Shown here: positions 31,913-42,499 of the stretch, in pieces | Layout of the letters: the number at the start of each line of letters is the position of its first letter | Numbering within the stretch: position 1 is the stretch's first letter | Assembly (NCBI GenBank): GCA_965237525.1 | Contig: CBDEFO010000008.1 | Location: forward strand, 1,184,001 to 1,248,000 | Length of the DNA stretch: 64,000 nt | Origin: Candidatus Latescibacterota bacterium | GTDB lineage: Bacteria > Latescibacterota > CBDEFO01 | Reading direction: 5' to 3' | Translations under genes and position numbers: made by a program | The notes under the pieces: model-generated | What the model was told of the DNA's origin: nothing | Database searches by the model: none | The model's input: the letters and a program-made list of their open reading frames with translations, nothing else

Positions 31913-32430
31913 ATGTCCGCTGCTAAACTTAAAGTTCAAGTGGTACGACCACTGCGGGTTGAAAAAGACTTTTTCAATAGAGCAAAGCGCGTGTTGTTGG
32001 AACATTTAGGAGAGAACCTCGTGGCCCTTGTGCTCTTCGGTTCGGAGCCAGGGGACAGGGTGATACCTACAGCGAATACGACCTTTTTGTAGTTGCAAGA
32101 AATCTCCCTCTTCGCAGGATGGAGCGGCTTATGTCTCTCAGAGAGGGTATGGCGGGAAAGCTACAAGAGCGGGCAAATCTGATAGCCAAGACCAAGGACG
32201 AGTTTGAGGAGGAGTTTCCCTCCTTTTTCCTGGATTTAGGGTTGGACGGCATCGTGATCTATGATACTGATGGATTTATGGAGAACAGATTGAAGAGGAT
32301 CAGGGAGATTAGAGACGAGGCTGGTTTGAAAAGAGTCTAGGAAAACGGTGAGCTATACTGGGAATGGAAGTTTCAGCCCAAAGTGGAATGGGGAATAGAT
32401 TGGCGAGGATATTATGATGCCTCGGACTGA
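31913..32430 (+). pseudogene. Minimal nucleotidyltransferase (MNT), frameshift near 32045 and TAG at 32338
   Basis: Corrected frame LFGSRARG...SEYDLFVV; overlaps the HEPN gene. Confidence 0.75.
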
Positions 32431-32854
32431 TTCGGCATATCGGCTGAGGTTGTCGGAGGGTTTCTTAAAGGAGTCCGAGGAGGATTTCAAACTTTCACGG
32501 TGGAGATCGTGTGTAGATAATTCTCAAATGTCGGTTGAAAAGGGGGCAAAAGCTATTATTGCAGCAGTGAGTCCGGTCGAAAAAACTCATAATCCGTCCG
32601 ATCAGATTCGTCGGTTGCTGAAAAATGGGAATCTTGACGCGTCCCTGGTCGCAGTGATCGAGGAAGCTCTACCTCTGTTCGATAAGTTAGGATTCGAAAC
32701 CCATCTCTTATCAGATTATGGGGACGAATCTGCAGGAGTGGATCCGTGGGAGATATTTGACGTGAAAGACGCTGAAGACGCCTTAAAGTTAGGAAGAAAA
32801 TGCTTCGACGAAGCCAAGGAAGTATATGAGTTTTACTTTGGAGCCAGAGATTAA
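32414..32854 (+). CDS. HEPN domain protein
   Basis: SQMSVEKGAKA and KTHN motifs; paired with MNT. Confidence 0.8.
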   Translation: MMPRTDSAYRLRLSEGFLKESEEDFKLSRWRSCVDNSQMSVEKGAKAIIAAVSPVEKTHNPSDQIRRLLKNGNLDASLVAVIEEALPLFDKLGFETHLLSDYGDESAGVDPWEIFDVKDAEDALKLGRKCFDEAKEVYEFYFGARD

Positions 32855-33072
32855 GTATCAGGTCAAAATAGTCTGGACAAATCACGAGATTGCTTCGCTT
32901 TCAATGACGGTTTATCTGTATCTTTCAACTGCCTGGCTTCGACCCTGGGTCATTGGGAGGGGCGTTAGCTCCGAAACAATCTCACCTATCTTCTGACTTA
33001 ACATATCCCACAACTTCTGTTATGCTACTTAGTATAGTACGAGCAGGCAGAGTCTATTAAGATCGCATCGCT

Positions 33073-33876
33073 TTATCTGATCATCTCTTTTAATTCCATA
33101 GACACTTTGAAGGGCGGTCGGCCATATTCGATCTTGAGTATGATTCTATCCTTGTTGTCTGAAAGCCATACTCTGAGGTCTGTATCTGCTCGTATAAGGT
33201 TGTTGGTGAGCAGGTCTGTCTTGGAGATATCAGACCTGCCTTCTCCCACTTTTGTAAAGATTGATTTCAAAAGCATTGCGTTAATTCTTCCCCAGGGAGA
33301 CCTTACCTTTTCCTTGGATATGACCTCTGCCACAAGGTGCCAGGGAGTTCCTTCCACATCTATGCTCATTTCGAGCTTATCTCCAACTGATAGAGGCTGT
33401 GCGGTTGTGTATATGAGAAAAGATAGAAGATCGTGCGTGTTCGGGAGGACAGGATAAGTGCTCCCGTCAGCGCGCTCGGCTCTGTGATTCTCTTGGTCGT
33501 ATCGGACTTTCAATTCCTGCGTTATGTTGCTCTGATGTATCTCCTTGCTGAAGTCTATTGAGTATCCACTCTCCAGGTCTGCCGTAGATGCGTACGTGTT
33601 GTCTACTTTGAAGACGGATGAAAAGAACCTGTTGGACTTTGTGCTCGCTCGGATGCTGTATACAGAATGTCCTTTGTTGTACGGAGTGACCGCACCGCCT
33701 TTGATGAGTGGCGTGATGTTAACTTGTACCTCCATGGCAGGGATGTTGGCATATTTTATGGAATAGACATACTTTCCGGGAAGAGGGGACAAAGCAGAAG
33801 AGCTATCGGGGAAAAAAGTGGTTGCAAGGATAAGTCCTTGAATGATTATAACTTTTTTGAATCTTGCGATCTTCAT
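33073..33876 (-). CDS. DUF3108-like exported protein
   Basis: Signal-like N-terminus; HDLLS, VRSPWG, VWLSD pattern. Confidence 0.6.
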   Translation of the reverse strand: MKIARFKKVIIIQGLILATTFFPDSSSALSPLPGKYVYSIKYANIPAMEVQVNITPLIKGGAVTPYNKGHSVYSIRASTKSNRFFSSVFKVDNTYASTADLESGYSIDFSKEIHQSNITQELKVRYDQENHRAERADGSTYPVLPNTHDLLSFLIYTTAQPLSVGDKLEMSIDVEGTPWHLVAEVISKEKVRSPWGRINAMLLKSIFTKVGEGRSDISKTDLLTNNLIRADTDLRVWLSDNKDRIILKIEYGRPPFKVSMELKEMIR

Positions 33877-33910
33877 CAGGTCTTGGATTTTAGAAGAACT
33901 GACTGCGTTA

Positions 33911-35221
33911 TTATATCCTATCTGTTTCCATGGCTTCCTGAAGTTCATCTTTGTCCCTCACGGAGTTGACGTTCGACCTTGAGTTCACCAAAAACCCCGC
34001 GGGGATGGAAAATATAAGGGTTCCGATGAGCACACCTGCTGTGGCTGTTGTCACAAATATGTCTGAATATGCCCTCAAGGAGGCGATTTCAGAGATCATC
34101 TCTTGAGTCTTCGTAATGAGATGAAACGCTACAACACCCTGTGGGAGACAACCGATCAAGAACTCTTTTGCCTGCAAAGGTCGGGACGTAAGCATCCTGC
34201 TTGCGATAAAGCCACCTGCAGCTCTGCCAACAGATGAGGAGATTACATAGACCAGGCCTATCTTCCAGAGGCTGTACAGGGGGCTGGGAGTAAGGATCTG
34301 GGCTCCAAGTGCGCCAAAGGTGACGACCAGAAAAGTTTGCGTCACAGGTTCGCTTGCTTGGAACACAGAGTTCAAGGATATCCCTCCGTCTTTTCCCGAT
34401 CTTAAGCGTCTTTCGGCAAAAATCCCAGCTAGCATGGATGCCAGTATGTGATCTGTGCCTGTCATTTGCGATAGGATCTGTGAGAGGAAGATAGCGACAA
34501 ATGGGAGAATATAGACAGGAGGACGCCTCAAGCTGCTGTAGAACGTGCCCACTATCTCTCCTAATATCCAGCCCAAAGGGAAGGAGCCGAATATGGCGGC
34601 AGATGGCAGAGCAATCTGGTACGGCGAAAGTCCCTGGATATGCTCAGCTCGCACCAGGGCTACGACGATAGACCAGACGATGAAGGATGTGACTGTTCCA
34701 AGGGAAATGAATGCAAGTAGTGCGGTGGACGCTCCGCCTGACTGCAAGGAGAAGATAACAAACGGGGCAAGGACAGAAGCTACCGTCCCAAGGAGCAGTA
34801 ATAAAGGAGTGGGAAGCTCCGCAAAAATGAGCTTTAAGAGCACTGTAGTCACAAAGAAAGAGGCGACAGGTGGGAGGAGAGAAATTAGAGCGTTTCTCCA
34901 TCTGAATACCTGTAAAGATCCGTAAAGCTGAGCTCCGATGTGCATAGCTATCCAGCCTGCGGACAGGGCCAGTAGAGGGGATAGATAGTCTGCAATGCCC
35001 CTTGAAACAATACCCACAGGTCCAAAAGAAAGTACGATTCCGACAGCGGCATATCCTGCGATCAAGGGGAGCTTTACTCTCCCAAGGAGAGATCCGACTG
35101 CAGACGCCAATATGAGGAGACATCCGAAAGACCACAGGGGTTCGGCAGACCCAGAAAGTCCGCTCTCTTTTCCCAGATAGGCTAAACTAATCGTTATGAC
35201 AAATACAATAATACTTCTCAC
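33911..35221 (-). CDS. Cation:proton antiporter family membrane protein
   Basis: Polytopic; LPLIAGY..GI and LPQGVVA motifs. Confidence 0.7.
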   Translation of the reverse strand: MRSIIVFVITISLAYLGKESGLSGSAEPLWSFGCLLILASAVGSLLGRVKLPLIAGYAAVGIVLSFGPVGIVSRGIADYLSPLLALSAGWIAMHIGAQLYGSLQVFRWRNALISLLPPVASFFVTTVLLKLIFAELPTPLLLLLGTVASVLAPFVIFSLQSGGASTALLAFISLGTVTSFIVWSIVVALVRAEHIQGLSPYQIALPSAAIFGSFPLGWILGEIVGTFYSSLRRPPVYILPFVAIFLSQILSQMTGTDHILASMLAGIFAERRLRSGKDGGISLNSVFQASEPVTQTFLVVTFGALGAQILTPSPLYSLWKIGLVYVISSSVGRAAGGFIASRMLTSRPLQAKEFLIGCLPQGVVAFHLITKTQEMISEIASLRAYSDIFVTTATAGVLIGTLIFSIPAGFLVNSRSNVNSVRDKDELQEAMETDRI

Positions 35222-35264
35222 TAGGGGTTGTCCTTATCTTTAAGGTTATGGTTCGATCTACCTA

Positions 35265-36542
35265 CTATCTACTACCTGCTTGTCTGGGATCTTGATATTG
35301 CTTTTTGACCTCTCCGGTCCTGGTCAAAGCTGTCAATATGGAATAAGGAGCAGCAAGCCGGCTGAGTATCGTCGCTGTGAGTATAGAGATTAGGGCTATG
35401 TTCTGAGAGAGAATGGGCAGAGCATCGGTGCCTATTAGAACCAGAACAAGCGAAATACTCCCACAGGGCAGGAGACCCAGTCCAAAGACCTCTCTGCCTT
35501 TGGAAATTTCTCTGGTGAACAGCCATGCCCCTATGTGGGCTCCTAGGATCTTGGCGACTCCCGCTGCGGCAAAAAGGGGCAGTGACATAACAAGGACTAT
35601 GTAAAGGTCGGGGGCGCTTTTTTCACCGATCAGGGTCCCCCAAAGGATCATGAATATTCCTTCGAGGAAAGTTGACGGGGGATTTACAAGGTTAATGACC
35701 TCTCGGCGCCTGAGCGTAGTGTTGATAAGCCAGGCTCCTGAGACGAGTCCGATGAGTATGACGGGCAGTTGGAGAGCAACCGCAAGGCCGCAACCTAAGA
35801 TGAGGGCGCCGAGCATGGGCGCTGTCTTCCTTTTGTAGTCCAGATCGTCTCTGGAGAGCATGTCCAGTAGTATCCCTGTACCGAAGCCCAGGATCACAGC
35901 CACCCCTATTTTTGCAACCCATCCAGACACTACTATCTCTTTGATTATGATGTCTCCCCTTTCCTGTGAAAGGACTGTGCATACCGTCAGAATCAGCACT
36001 ATCAAGCAGTTTGCCAAAGGCGGAGCCTCTGTCAGATAAGAAGTGACCGGTCCTGTGGAATCGACGTGGAAAGTTCTCCTGATGGCCATTGTGGAGGAGG
36101 CGGCAGCCAGGACGAGGGCGATCTGAGTCCTGTACGGGAGCAGTTGTGCAAAGACACCGGGCAGTTGAGGCATAGGAATGTAGAGAGCCAGAAAGATGAG
36201 GGTAAAAGTTGATAGCGCTTGGAATGTAATCGTCGAAAAGAGCCAGCCCGATATCTTTGTGAGGCGTCTGAACTCGATATGTCTTCCGAGATCGAATCCT
36301 ATCCATCCTACAAGAATCGTGAGAATATAATCACGTCCCTGCCCGAAATATGGTCGGATAGGCTCCGGCAGGAGCGCCATTAACAGGGACCCTATCAAAG
36401 CGTAATGTATCTTAGAGTCGACAAGATCCTGAATTCCTGCCGGGAGTTTCCTGTCTTTAAGCAGAAAAGATACCGTGAGATAGACCGCAAATAGCGCTAT
36501 AACAACTGCAAAGAAGGCTGTGTCTTTGTAGGCTGCCATCAT
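35265..36542 (-). CDS. Cation:proton antiporter family membrane protein
   Basis: Polytopic; GWIGFDLG, AKILGA, GLGLLPCG motifs. Confidence 0.7.
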   Translation of the reverse strand: MMAAYKDTAFFAVVIALFAVYLTVSFLLKDRKLPAGIQDLVDSKIHYALIGSLLMALLPEPIRPYFGQGRDYILTILVGWIGFDLGRHIEFRRLTKISGWLFSTITFQALSTFTLIFLALYIPMPQLPGVFAQLLPYRTQIALVLAAASSTMAIRRTFHVDSTGPVTSYLTEAPPLANCLIVLILTVCTVLSQERGDIIIKEIVVSGWVAKIGVAVILGFGTGILLDMLSRDDLDYKRKTAPMLGALILGCGLAVALQLPVILIGLVSGAWLINTTLRRREVINLVNPPSTFLEGIFMILWGTLIGEKSAPDLYIVLVMSLPLFAAAGVAKILGAHIGAWLFTREISKGREVFGLGLLPCGSISLVLVLIGTDALPILSQNIALISILTATILSRLAAPYSILTALTRTGEVKKQYQDPRQAGSR

Positions 36543-36700
36543 AATTAGTAGTCAGTAGACAGGCGCATCGCTTCCCTTCCCTCGTCAGACAGGAATGTCT
36601 GACCCACCACAAGAGTGTGTTGATAATGTAATTGGTAGAACAGAGATTCTTGTCTGTTTTTTAATTGGGAAGGAGGAGGGATGCCCTCGTTGCTGCCTAC

Positions 36701-37504
36701 TTATTTTATCCCTAACACATCTGTCATATCGTAGAGTCCGGGTTCTGCTCTTGCCACGAATCTCACAGCCCTTAAAGCTCCTGTGGCGAAGGAGTCTCTG
36801 CTCTGGGCTCTGTGCACAAGTTGTATGCTTTCGCCTATGCCTCCGAAGAGGACAGAGTGTTCGCCGACTATGTCTCCTGCCCTTACAGCGTGGATGCCTA
36901 TCTCTTGTTCGGTGCGCTCACCTGTCATGCCTTCTCTACCGTAGACAGCAGAGTCGGAAAGGTCTCTTTTTAATGCTTCTGCGACTATTTGGGCTAATTT
37001 GACCGCAGTGCCGCTCGGGGCGTCCTTCTTGAGGTTGTGATGCGTCTCTATTATCTCAACATCGTAGGCGTCGCCAAGTATCTGTGATGCCTCTTTTACC
37101 AGCTTGAAAAGGAGATTGACTCCGACGCTGAAGTTGGGAGCAAAGGCGCATGGGATGTCGGATACGGCCCTCTTAAACTGCGAAAGTTGGCTTTCGTCCA
37201 GTCCCGTGGTGCCGACCACCATGGCCACACCAGTTCTCCCGCAGATTTCTGCGGCTTCGACTGTGGCACGGGGCGCGGTGAAGTTGGTGACTACGTCGGT
37301 CTGGGATGTTATCTCCTCTAAATTGTCAGAGACACTTATCCCTAAATTACCGGCGCCGACGGTCTCTCCGATGTCGGCGCCTATAGCGCTGTGACCTGGA
37401 GTTTCCGTCCCGCCCGCAAGTTCCAGGTCGTCGCTTTCGAGGATGAGATTGGACAGCCTCACACCCATCCTTCCGGCTACTCCGCAGACGACCACTCTTG
37501 TCAT
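36701..37504 (-). CDS. dapB: 4-hydroxy-tetrahydrodipicolinate reductase
   Basis: GVAGRMG, GTTG, APNFSVG, ETHHNLKKDAPSGTA; start placed at MTRVVV after an AGGAG RBS. Confidence 0.95.
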   Translation of the reverse strand: MTRVVVCGVAGRMGVRLSNLILESDDLELAGGTETPGHSAIGADIGETVGAGNLGISVSDNLEEITSQTDVVTNFTAPRATVEAAEICGRTGVAMVVGTTGLDESQLSQFKRAVSDIPCAFAPNFSVGVNLLFKLVKEASQILGDAYDVEIIETHHNLKKDAPSGTAVKLAQIVAEALKRDLSDSAVYGREGMTGERTEQEIGIHAVRAGDIVGEHSVLFGGIGESIQLVHRAQSRDSFATGALRAVRFVARAEPGLYDMTDVLGIK

Positions 37505-37669
37505 CTGGACTTCTCCTTTCAGCCACCAAGGCACAAAGATATTAAAATTAGGCCGCGTGGCCGCTTTGATGGGGAGGTAGCAAGCCACGCCCCTATATCT
37601 CCCCTTAACAAGGGGGGAATTAAAGAGGGGTTTGTGGCCAACTTTCATCTCTCCTTTATCTTAAAAGCC

Positions 37670-37706
37670 AAAAGCGCCGGGCCTTATCAAGAACCTGACG
37701 CTTTTG
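37670..37706. terminator. Hairpin between dapA and dapB
   Basis: CAAAAGCG(C/T)C(G/A)GG...CCTGACGCTTTTG inverted repeat with A/T runs. Confidence 0.45.
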
Positions 37707-37732
37707 TGTTGGACTTGACCTCGCTGATGGTC

Positions 37733-38614
37733 TCAGATGGAAAAGCCGAATTCTCTCATTGCGGCTTTGAGTTTGTTGAGATTATCCTCAGACATCCTGT
37801 AAAGGGGAAGTCTCAGTTCGCCAGCGTCCATCCCCAAAAGGTTCATTGCTGTTTTGACTGGGCCAGGGCTGGTCTCGAAGAACATTGCCTGTGAAAGTGA
37901 AAGGAGTTTCTTGTGGAGTTTAAGGGCTTCGTCGAACTTTCCGTTCTCCCAGTGCCTCACCATATCGGCAACCTCTTTGGGAGCTATGTTGGCGACAACT
38001 GAGATGATGCCACTGCCTCCGACGGAGAGTATGGGCAAGGTGAGCATGTCGTCGCCGGAGATAACGGCAAAGTCGGACGAGGATTTTAGCACCACCGTGG
38101 AGATCTGGTTCAAATCGCCGCTGGCCTCTTTTATCCCGACTATGTGTGAAAGAACAGAGAGCCTGGATGTGGTCTCAGGGAGAATGTTGCTGGAGGTCCT
38201 GCCGGGGACGTTGTAGAGGACTAAAGGGAAATCTATTTCGTCGTTGATCTTCTTGTAGTGCTGAAAGATGCCCTCCTGCGTGGGCTTATTGTAGTATGGG
38301 CTGACCAGCAGCGCGCCGTCGGCTCCGGCAGCTTTGGCGTGCTTTGTGAGGGTCAGCGCCTCCTCCGTGTTGTTGGAGCCCGTTCCTGCGAGAATGGATA
38401 TTCTGCCGTTGGCAGCCTCGATTACGGCTTCCGTCACCCTTTGGTGCTCCTCGTGAGTCATAGTGGCAGATTCGCCCGTTGTCCCGCAGGGGACTATGCC
38501 GTCCGTTCCGTTTTCGATGTGGAATTCGACCTGTTCCCCGAGCTTCTTTTCATTCGGCTTTCCGTCTTTAAAGGGCGTGACGAGGGCGACAAACGATCCT
38601 CTCAGATTCAGCAT
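37733..38614 (-). CDS. dapA: 4-hydroxy-tetrahydrodipicolinate synthase
   Basis: GTTGES, PYYNKP, YNVPGRT, IKEASG motifs. Confidence 0.96.
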   Translation of the reverse strand: MLNLRGSFVALVTPFKDGKPNEKKLGEQVEFHIENGTDGIVPCGTTGESATMTHEEHQRVTEAVIEAANGRISILAGTGSNNTEEALTLTKHAKAAGADGALLVSPYYNKPTQEGIFQHYKKINDEIDFPLVLYNVPGRTSSNILPETTSRLSVLSHIVGIKEASGDLNQISTVVLKSSSDFAVISGDDMLTLPILSVGGSGIISVVANIAPKEVADMVRHWENGKFDEALKLHKKLLSLSQAMFFETSPGPVKTAMNLLGMDAGELRLPLYRMSEDNLNKLKAAMREFGFSI

Positions 38615-38795
38615 CTTTTCACCTGCCTTATCAAATAAGAATTGGAAGGGGTTTCTTAATGAGGAATTTTCACGTATTCAAATTAATCAATTAACGCAGT
38701 TGTGTCAAGTTAAAATGGCAGGGCTATTCAGTAAAGTTATGTTCCACCGAAGAAAGTAACGATATTAAGGAAAACAATCAAGCTTATGGACCAAC

Positions 38796-38825
38796 AAAAA
38801 GGCCCAGTCCAAAGGGACTGAGCCT
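38796..38825 (-). terminator. Intrinsic terminator of the second FG-GAP gene
   Basis: AGGCTCAGTCC-CTTT-GGACTGGGCCT followed by a T run on the minus strand. Confidence 0.75.
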
Positions 38826-38859
38826 AATCCAGAGATTTGAAGACATCCAGCAAAGGACC

Positions 38860-41082
38860 CTATCTCATCAATATGAGTTTCCTCGTCTGGACAAATGCAT
38901 CTGTCTCCATCCGATAGAAATAGACTCCGCTGGCAAGGCTCTCTCCGTTGCTATCTTTAGCGTTCCACACGACTGAGTGGCTCCCTGCATCCATCTCGCC
39001 ATCCACCAACGTTGCAACCTTTTACCCCATGATATTGAAGACAGAGATGTCAACACGGCCTCGGACGGGGAGGTCGTAATGTATCACTGTCTCATGGTTG
39101 AACGGATTGGGATAGTTCTGTCCCAGTGCAAATGTCGTGGGAGAAGCTGCCGCTATCCGAGCACTGGGTTGACTGAGTTGATCAATGATGTTATTTACTG
39201 CATCAATCAACGGTAGTCCCTCTTCAGGCAAAAGTACTCCCGCGGCGATGAAGGACTCGACGTGGTTGATGAAAGCCTGAAGCTGGTTTATTGCTGCATT
39301 AACGTTGTCCCTATCCAGTTTTTGTATTACCCGATCCAGTTTTGTTGCAAGTGAATTAGTTTGGCCTTGATTCAGTGTCCCTGAAGCGAATAGAGAATCC
39401 ACTTGATCGATCACTTCTTCGATAGCCTCTTGTGGAGTTTGAACAGTGATCGTAACTTGATCGGGAGCACTATCTTCGGTGCCGTCATTGACGACCATTT
39501 GGACTACATACTCTCCTGCCACATCGGCTACGAACGTCGGTGTAACCGGAGAAGCATTAGAGATTACAGCGGCACTACCTGTAGGTTTCGTGATGAACTC
39601 CCAGTTATAGCTTAACGAATCGGCATCTGGGTCGCTGGAACCACTGCCATCAAGTTGGACGGAGTCCCCAACAATGACTACTTGATCTGAACCCGCATCA
39701 GCTACCGGCGGTTGATTCGCGACAACAAATTCAAATCCGTTAGAGAGCGTATCTGCCTGACCGTCGGGATTTGTGACAATCACGTCCACAGTGCCAGCAG
39801 GATGAGCGGGAGTCACAGCGGTAATGGTATCGGAGGAGGCTACGGCTACACCGGTAGCTGGGCTACCATCGATAGCAACAGTCGCTCCACTCTGGAAATT
39901 GCTCCCTTTTATCACCACAGGTGTACCGCCAGATACCGGACCGGAAATGGGACTAATAGATGTCACATCAAGAGGAGGCGTCACATTAGATAGATTCAAC
40001 AACACTGACACAGTAGCGCTGCCATTATTAGCCACGGCTAAGTCATTATCACCATCTCCATCTAAATCTGTACTGAAGACTAAACGCGGACCAGCCCCAG
40101 TGGCAAAGTCCACCTTAGGGACAAATGTACCATTTCCATTGTTCAAAAACACTGATACAGTAGCGCTGGTAAAATTAGCCACAGCCAGGTCATTATCTCC
40201 ATCCCCATCTACATCTGCACTGAAAACGGATACGGGACCATCCCCAGTGCCATAGTCCACCTTAGGTGCGAATGTTCCATTCCCATTATTTAATAACACT
40301 GACACACTATCGCTTAACTCATTAGCCACAACTAAATCATTGTCTCCATCGCCATCCAAATCGACACTAGACACCGATTGCGGAGAATTCCCTACACCAT
40401 AGTCCACCTTCGGTGCAAATATTCCAAATCCGTCATTCAACAACACTGATACAGTAGCGCTGCCCGCATTAGCCACAGCCAAATCATTATCTCCGTCTCC
40501 ATCTAAATCTGCACTGAATACTGAACCGGGAAAAAGCCCGGTGGCATAGCCCACTTTGGCCGCGAATGTCCCGTCCCCATTATTCAATAACACCGACACA
40601 CTATGGCTTTGCGTATTAGACACGGCCAAGTCATTATCCCCATCCCCATCTAAATCCACACTGAAAACTGATGTAACTTCTTGACCTCCAGCAATATAGG
40701 TTACGTGTGCAACAAATGTTCCGTCTCCATTGTTCAACAACACTGACACAGTAAAATCGTCCTCATTAGCTACGGCTAAATCATTATCCCCATCCCCATC
40801 TAAATCCACACTGAAAACTGATACCGGATGGAATCCCGCACCATAGTCCACTTTAGCTGCGAATGTTCCGTCGCCATTATTCAACAACACTGATACAGTA
40901 TTGTCGGCATTAGCCACAGCCAAGTCATTATCTCCATCTCCATCTAAATCCGCACTGAAAACTGAACGGGGTTGAATCCTAACGGGATAGTCCACCTTGG
41001 GTGCGAAAGAGATCTGTGCATAGACAGGCGTATTCAAAGCGACTAACAGCACCAGAACGGTGTAGAAAATTATCTTTTTCAC
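38860..41082 (-). pseudogene. Secreted FG-GAP / IPT-TIG / PKD-like / helical domain protein with C-terminal sorting domain cut by TAA at 39022
   Basis: Six DxDGDGDNDL repeats; SISPISGPVSGGT; NQPPVADAG; QNYPNPFN; frame continues IMG*KVATLVDG...RKLILMR*, where the paralog has Q. Confidence 0.85.
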
Positions 41083-41250
41083 TTTAGGTCCCCCCTTTTT
41101 GGGATTGGCGAAACATCGACTATACTAAAGTCCGGGCAAATTTGCGTCATCTCCTCATCCGTAGGCTGAAGATGGCTTACTGAATGTTCATCTTAATGCA
41201 CTTTGTAGCAACTATCTCGATGAAGATACTCAAACCTTAACGGTTATTTA

Positions 41251-42441
41251 TCAAATGAAATCGGTGCACTTCTCTTTCGATCTTTGATTGATCTTGAATG
41301 ATAGGTTTTCGACAATCTTTGGTTTCTGTTCTTTTTCAAAATGGATGTATAATTGTTCTTCTTTTAGGTTCCATTCAGCCAGGACAAAGTAGTTGGTGTA
41401 AGAGGAGGGAAGAGATACTTTCTCATTTAGGACATCGATAAAGGCTTTATCTGTCTGTTCTGTGTCCTGTTTGACTTGTCTGATAAAATAGGTCTTGGGA
41501 ATGAAATCTTTCTCGTTTGACTTCTCTTGCTTAGGTGGACGGTAGCCGGTGTATCTCTGTGATGAAAGATTAAACCATTCTAACTTCTGATCAACTTCTT
41601 GTAAGCTTTTGAACTGAATTCTGTTCCAGAACTTCCTTGAAAATACAGAATTGTTGCCTTCTATAGATGCTTGAGAAAAGGGCCTTCTGGGAACGGCAAA
41701 TATCGGAATCACTTGATTTTTCAAGAGAAACTGCATTGCTTTGCTGACATTCCTTTTACCTGAAACACTGCCAATAGTCGCCGAGCAATTGTCCACCTTA
41801 ACGAAATCTGGTTTTTCAAACCTGTCAAAGAAAGACTGACACTTCTCGATAAAGTTAGTTGCTGTTTGACCGTCAACCCGCCGAAAATACCTTAACTTAG
41901 GCTCTTTCTTAAAGGAAAATCCAACGAAGTTGACCGGCTCAGTTCTGCCGGTAAGATACTTTTTACCAATAAAGTCTGATTCTAGGACTCTGCCTCCTGA
42001 AAGATAGTAAATGGTATACTCTGGATAACAAAGATAACGAGATGCACCCTTGTTTTTACCTTTCTTCCTTCTCTGGGAAAGTCCTAAATCTGAAAGCATT
42101 CTGCCGATAGTCGGCAACGACGGAGGAGGGGTGCTAGAATATCGATTCCTCCATTCTTGTTCAATAACAGTGGCTCCTGAATAGAACTGATAAGGATCGT
42201 CCTCTAAGCTATGGTAAATCTCTTTGATTCTCTGTTCGTCAACTTTAGCCAATTTTCGCCTTTTTCCTTTTGGCCAACCCCGATTATCCATGGCAAAATC
42301 CTGATCCGGAGATTTAGTCCAAGCCGTAACGAAATCATTGGAAACTCTCGCTTGTTTGATAACTTCTCGCTTTGACATTTCTTTCTTAAAATACATCTCG
42401 TTGACTTCTTGTCTTAATACGGCCAATCTCTCTTTGTCCAT
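41251..42441 (-). CDS. rve/integrase-core DDE transposase (IS481/TnsB-like)
   Basis: N-terminal HTH-like region; PSLPTIGR; acidic triad ESD, VDN, SIEG. Confidence 0.7.
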   Translation of the reverse strand: MDKERLAVLRQEVNEMYFKKEMSKREVIKQARVSNDFVTAWTKSPDQDFAMDNRGWPKGKRRKLAKVDEQRIKEIYHSLEDDPYQFYSGATVIEQEWRNRYSSTPPPSLPTIGRMLSDLGLSQRRKKGKNKGASRYLCYPEYTIYYLSGGRVLESDFIGKKYLTGRTEPVNFVGFSFKKEPKLRYFRRVDGQTATNFIEKCQSFFDRFEKPDFVKVDNCSATIGSVSGKRNVSKAMQFLLKNQVIPIFAVPRRPFSQASIEGNNSVFSRKFWNRIQFKSLQEVDQKLEWFNLSSQRYTGYRPPKQEKSNEKDFIPKTYFIRQVKQDTEQTDKAFIDVLNEKVSLPSSYTNYFVLAEWNLKEEQLYIHFEKEQKPKIVENLSFKINQRSKEKCTDFI

Positions 42442-42499
42442 AGGACTCCGTAGATTAAAGTTAAGACAATCAACTCAACTTAATCTACTAATACTCTAA

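Noticed and set aside
6270..32340. Five in-frame TAG codons (6270, 6970, 22012, 27167, 32338) suggesting amber recoding or pyrrolysine, given the methylamine genes
   Set aside because: TAG ends several conserved genes at expected positions (glxB, glxC, glxD, transposase); the 6970 TAG is TGG in the paralog; affected genes mostly carry other lesions; no pyl genes or tRNA were seen
39990..41000. Regularly spaced DNA repeats in the FG-GAP genes as CRISPR or DGR template/variable repeats
   Set aside because: They are in-frame coding repeats varying at many positions; no reverse transcriptase in the window
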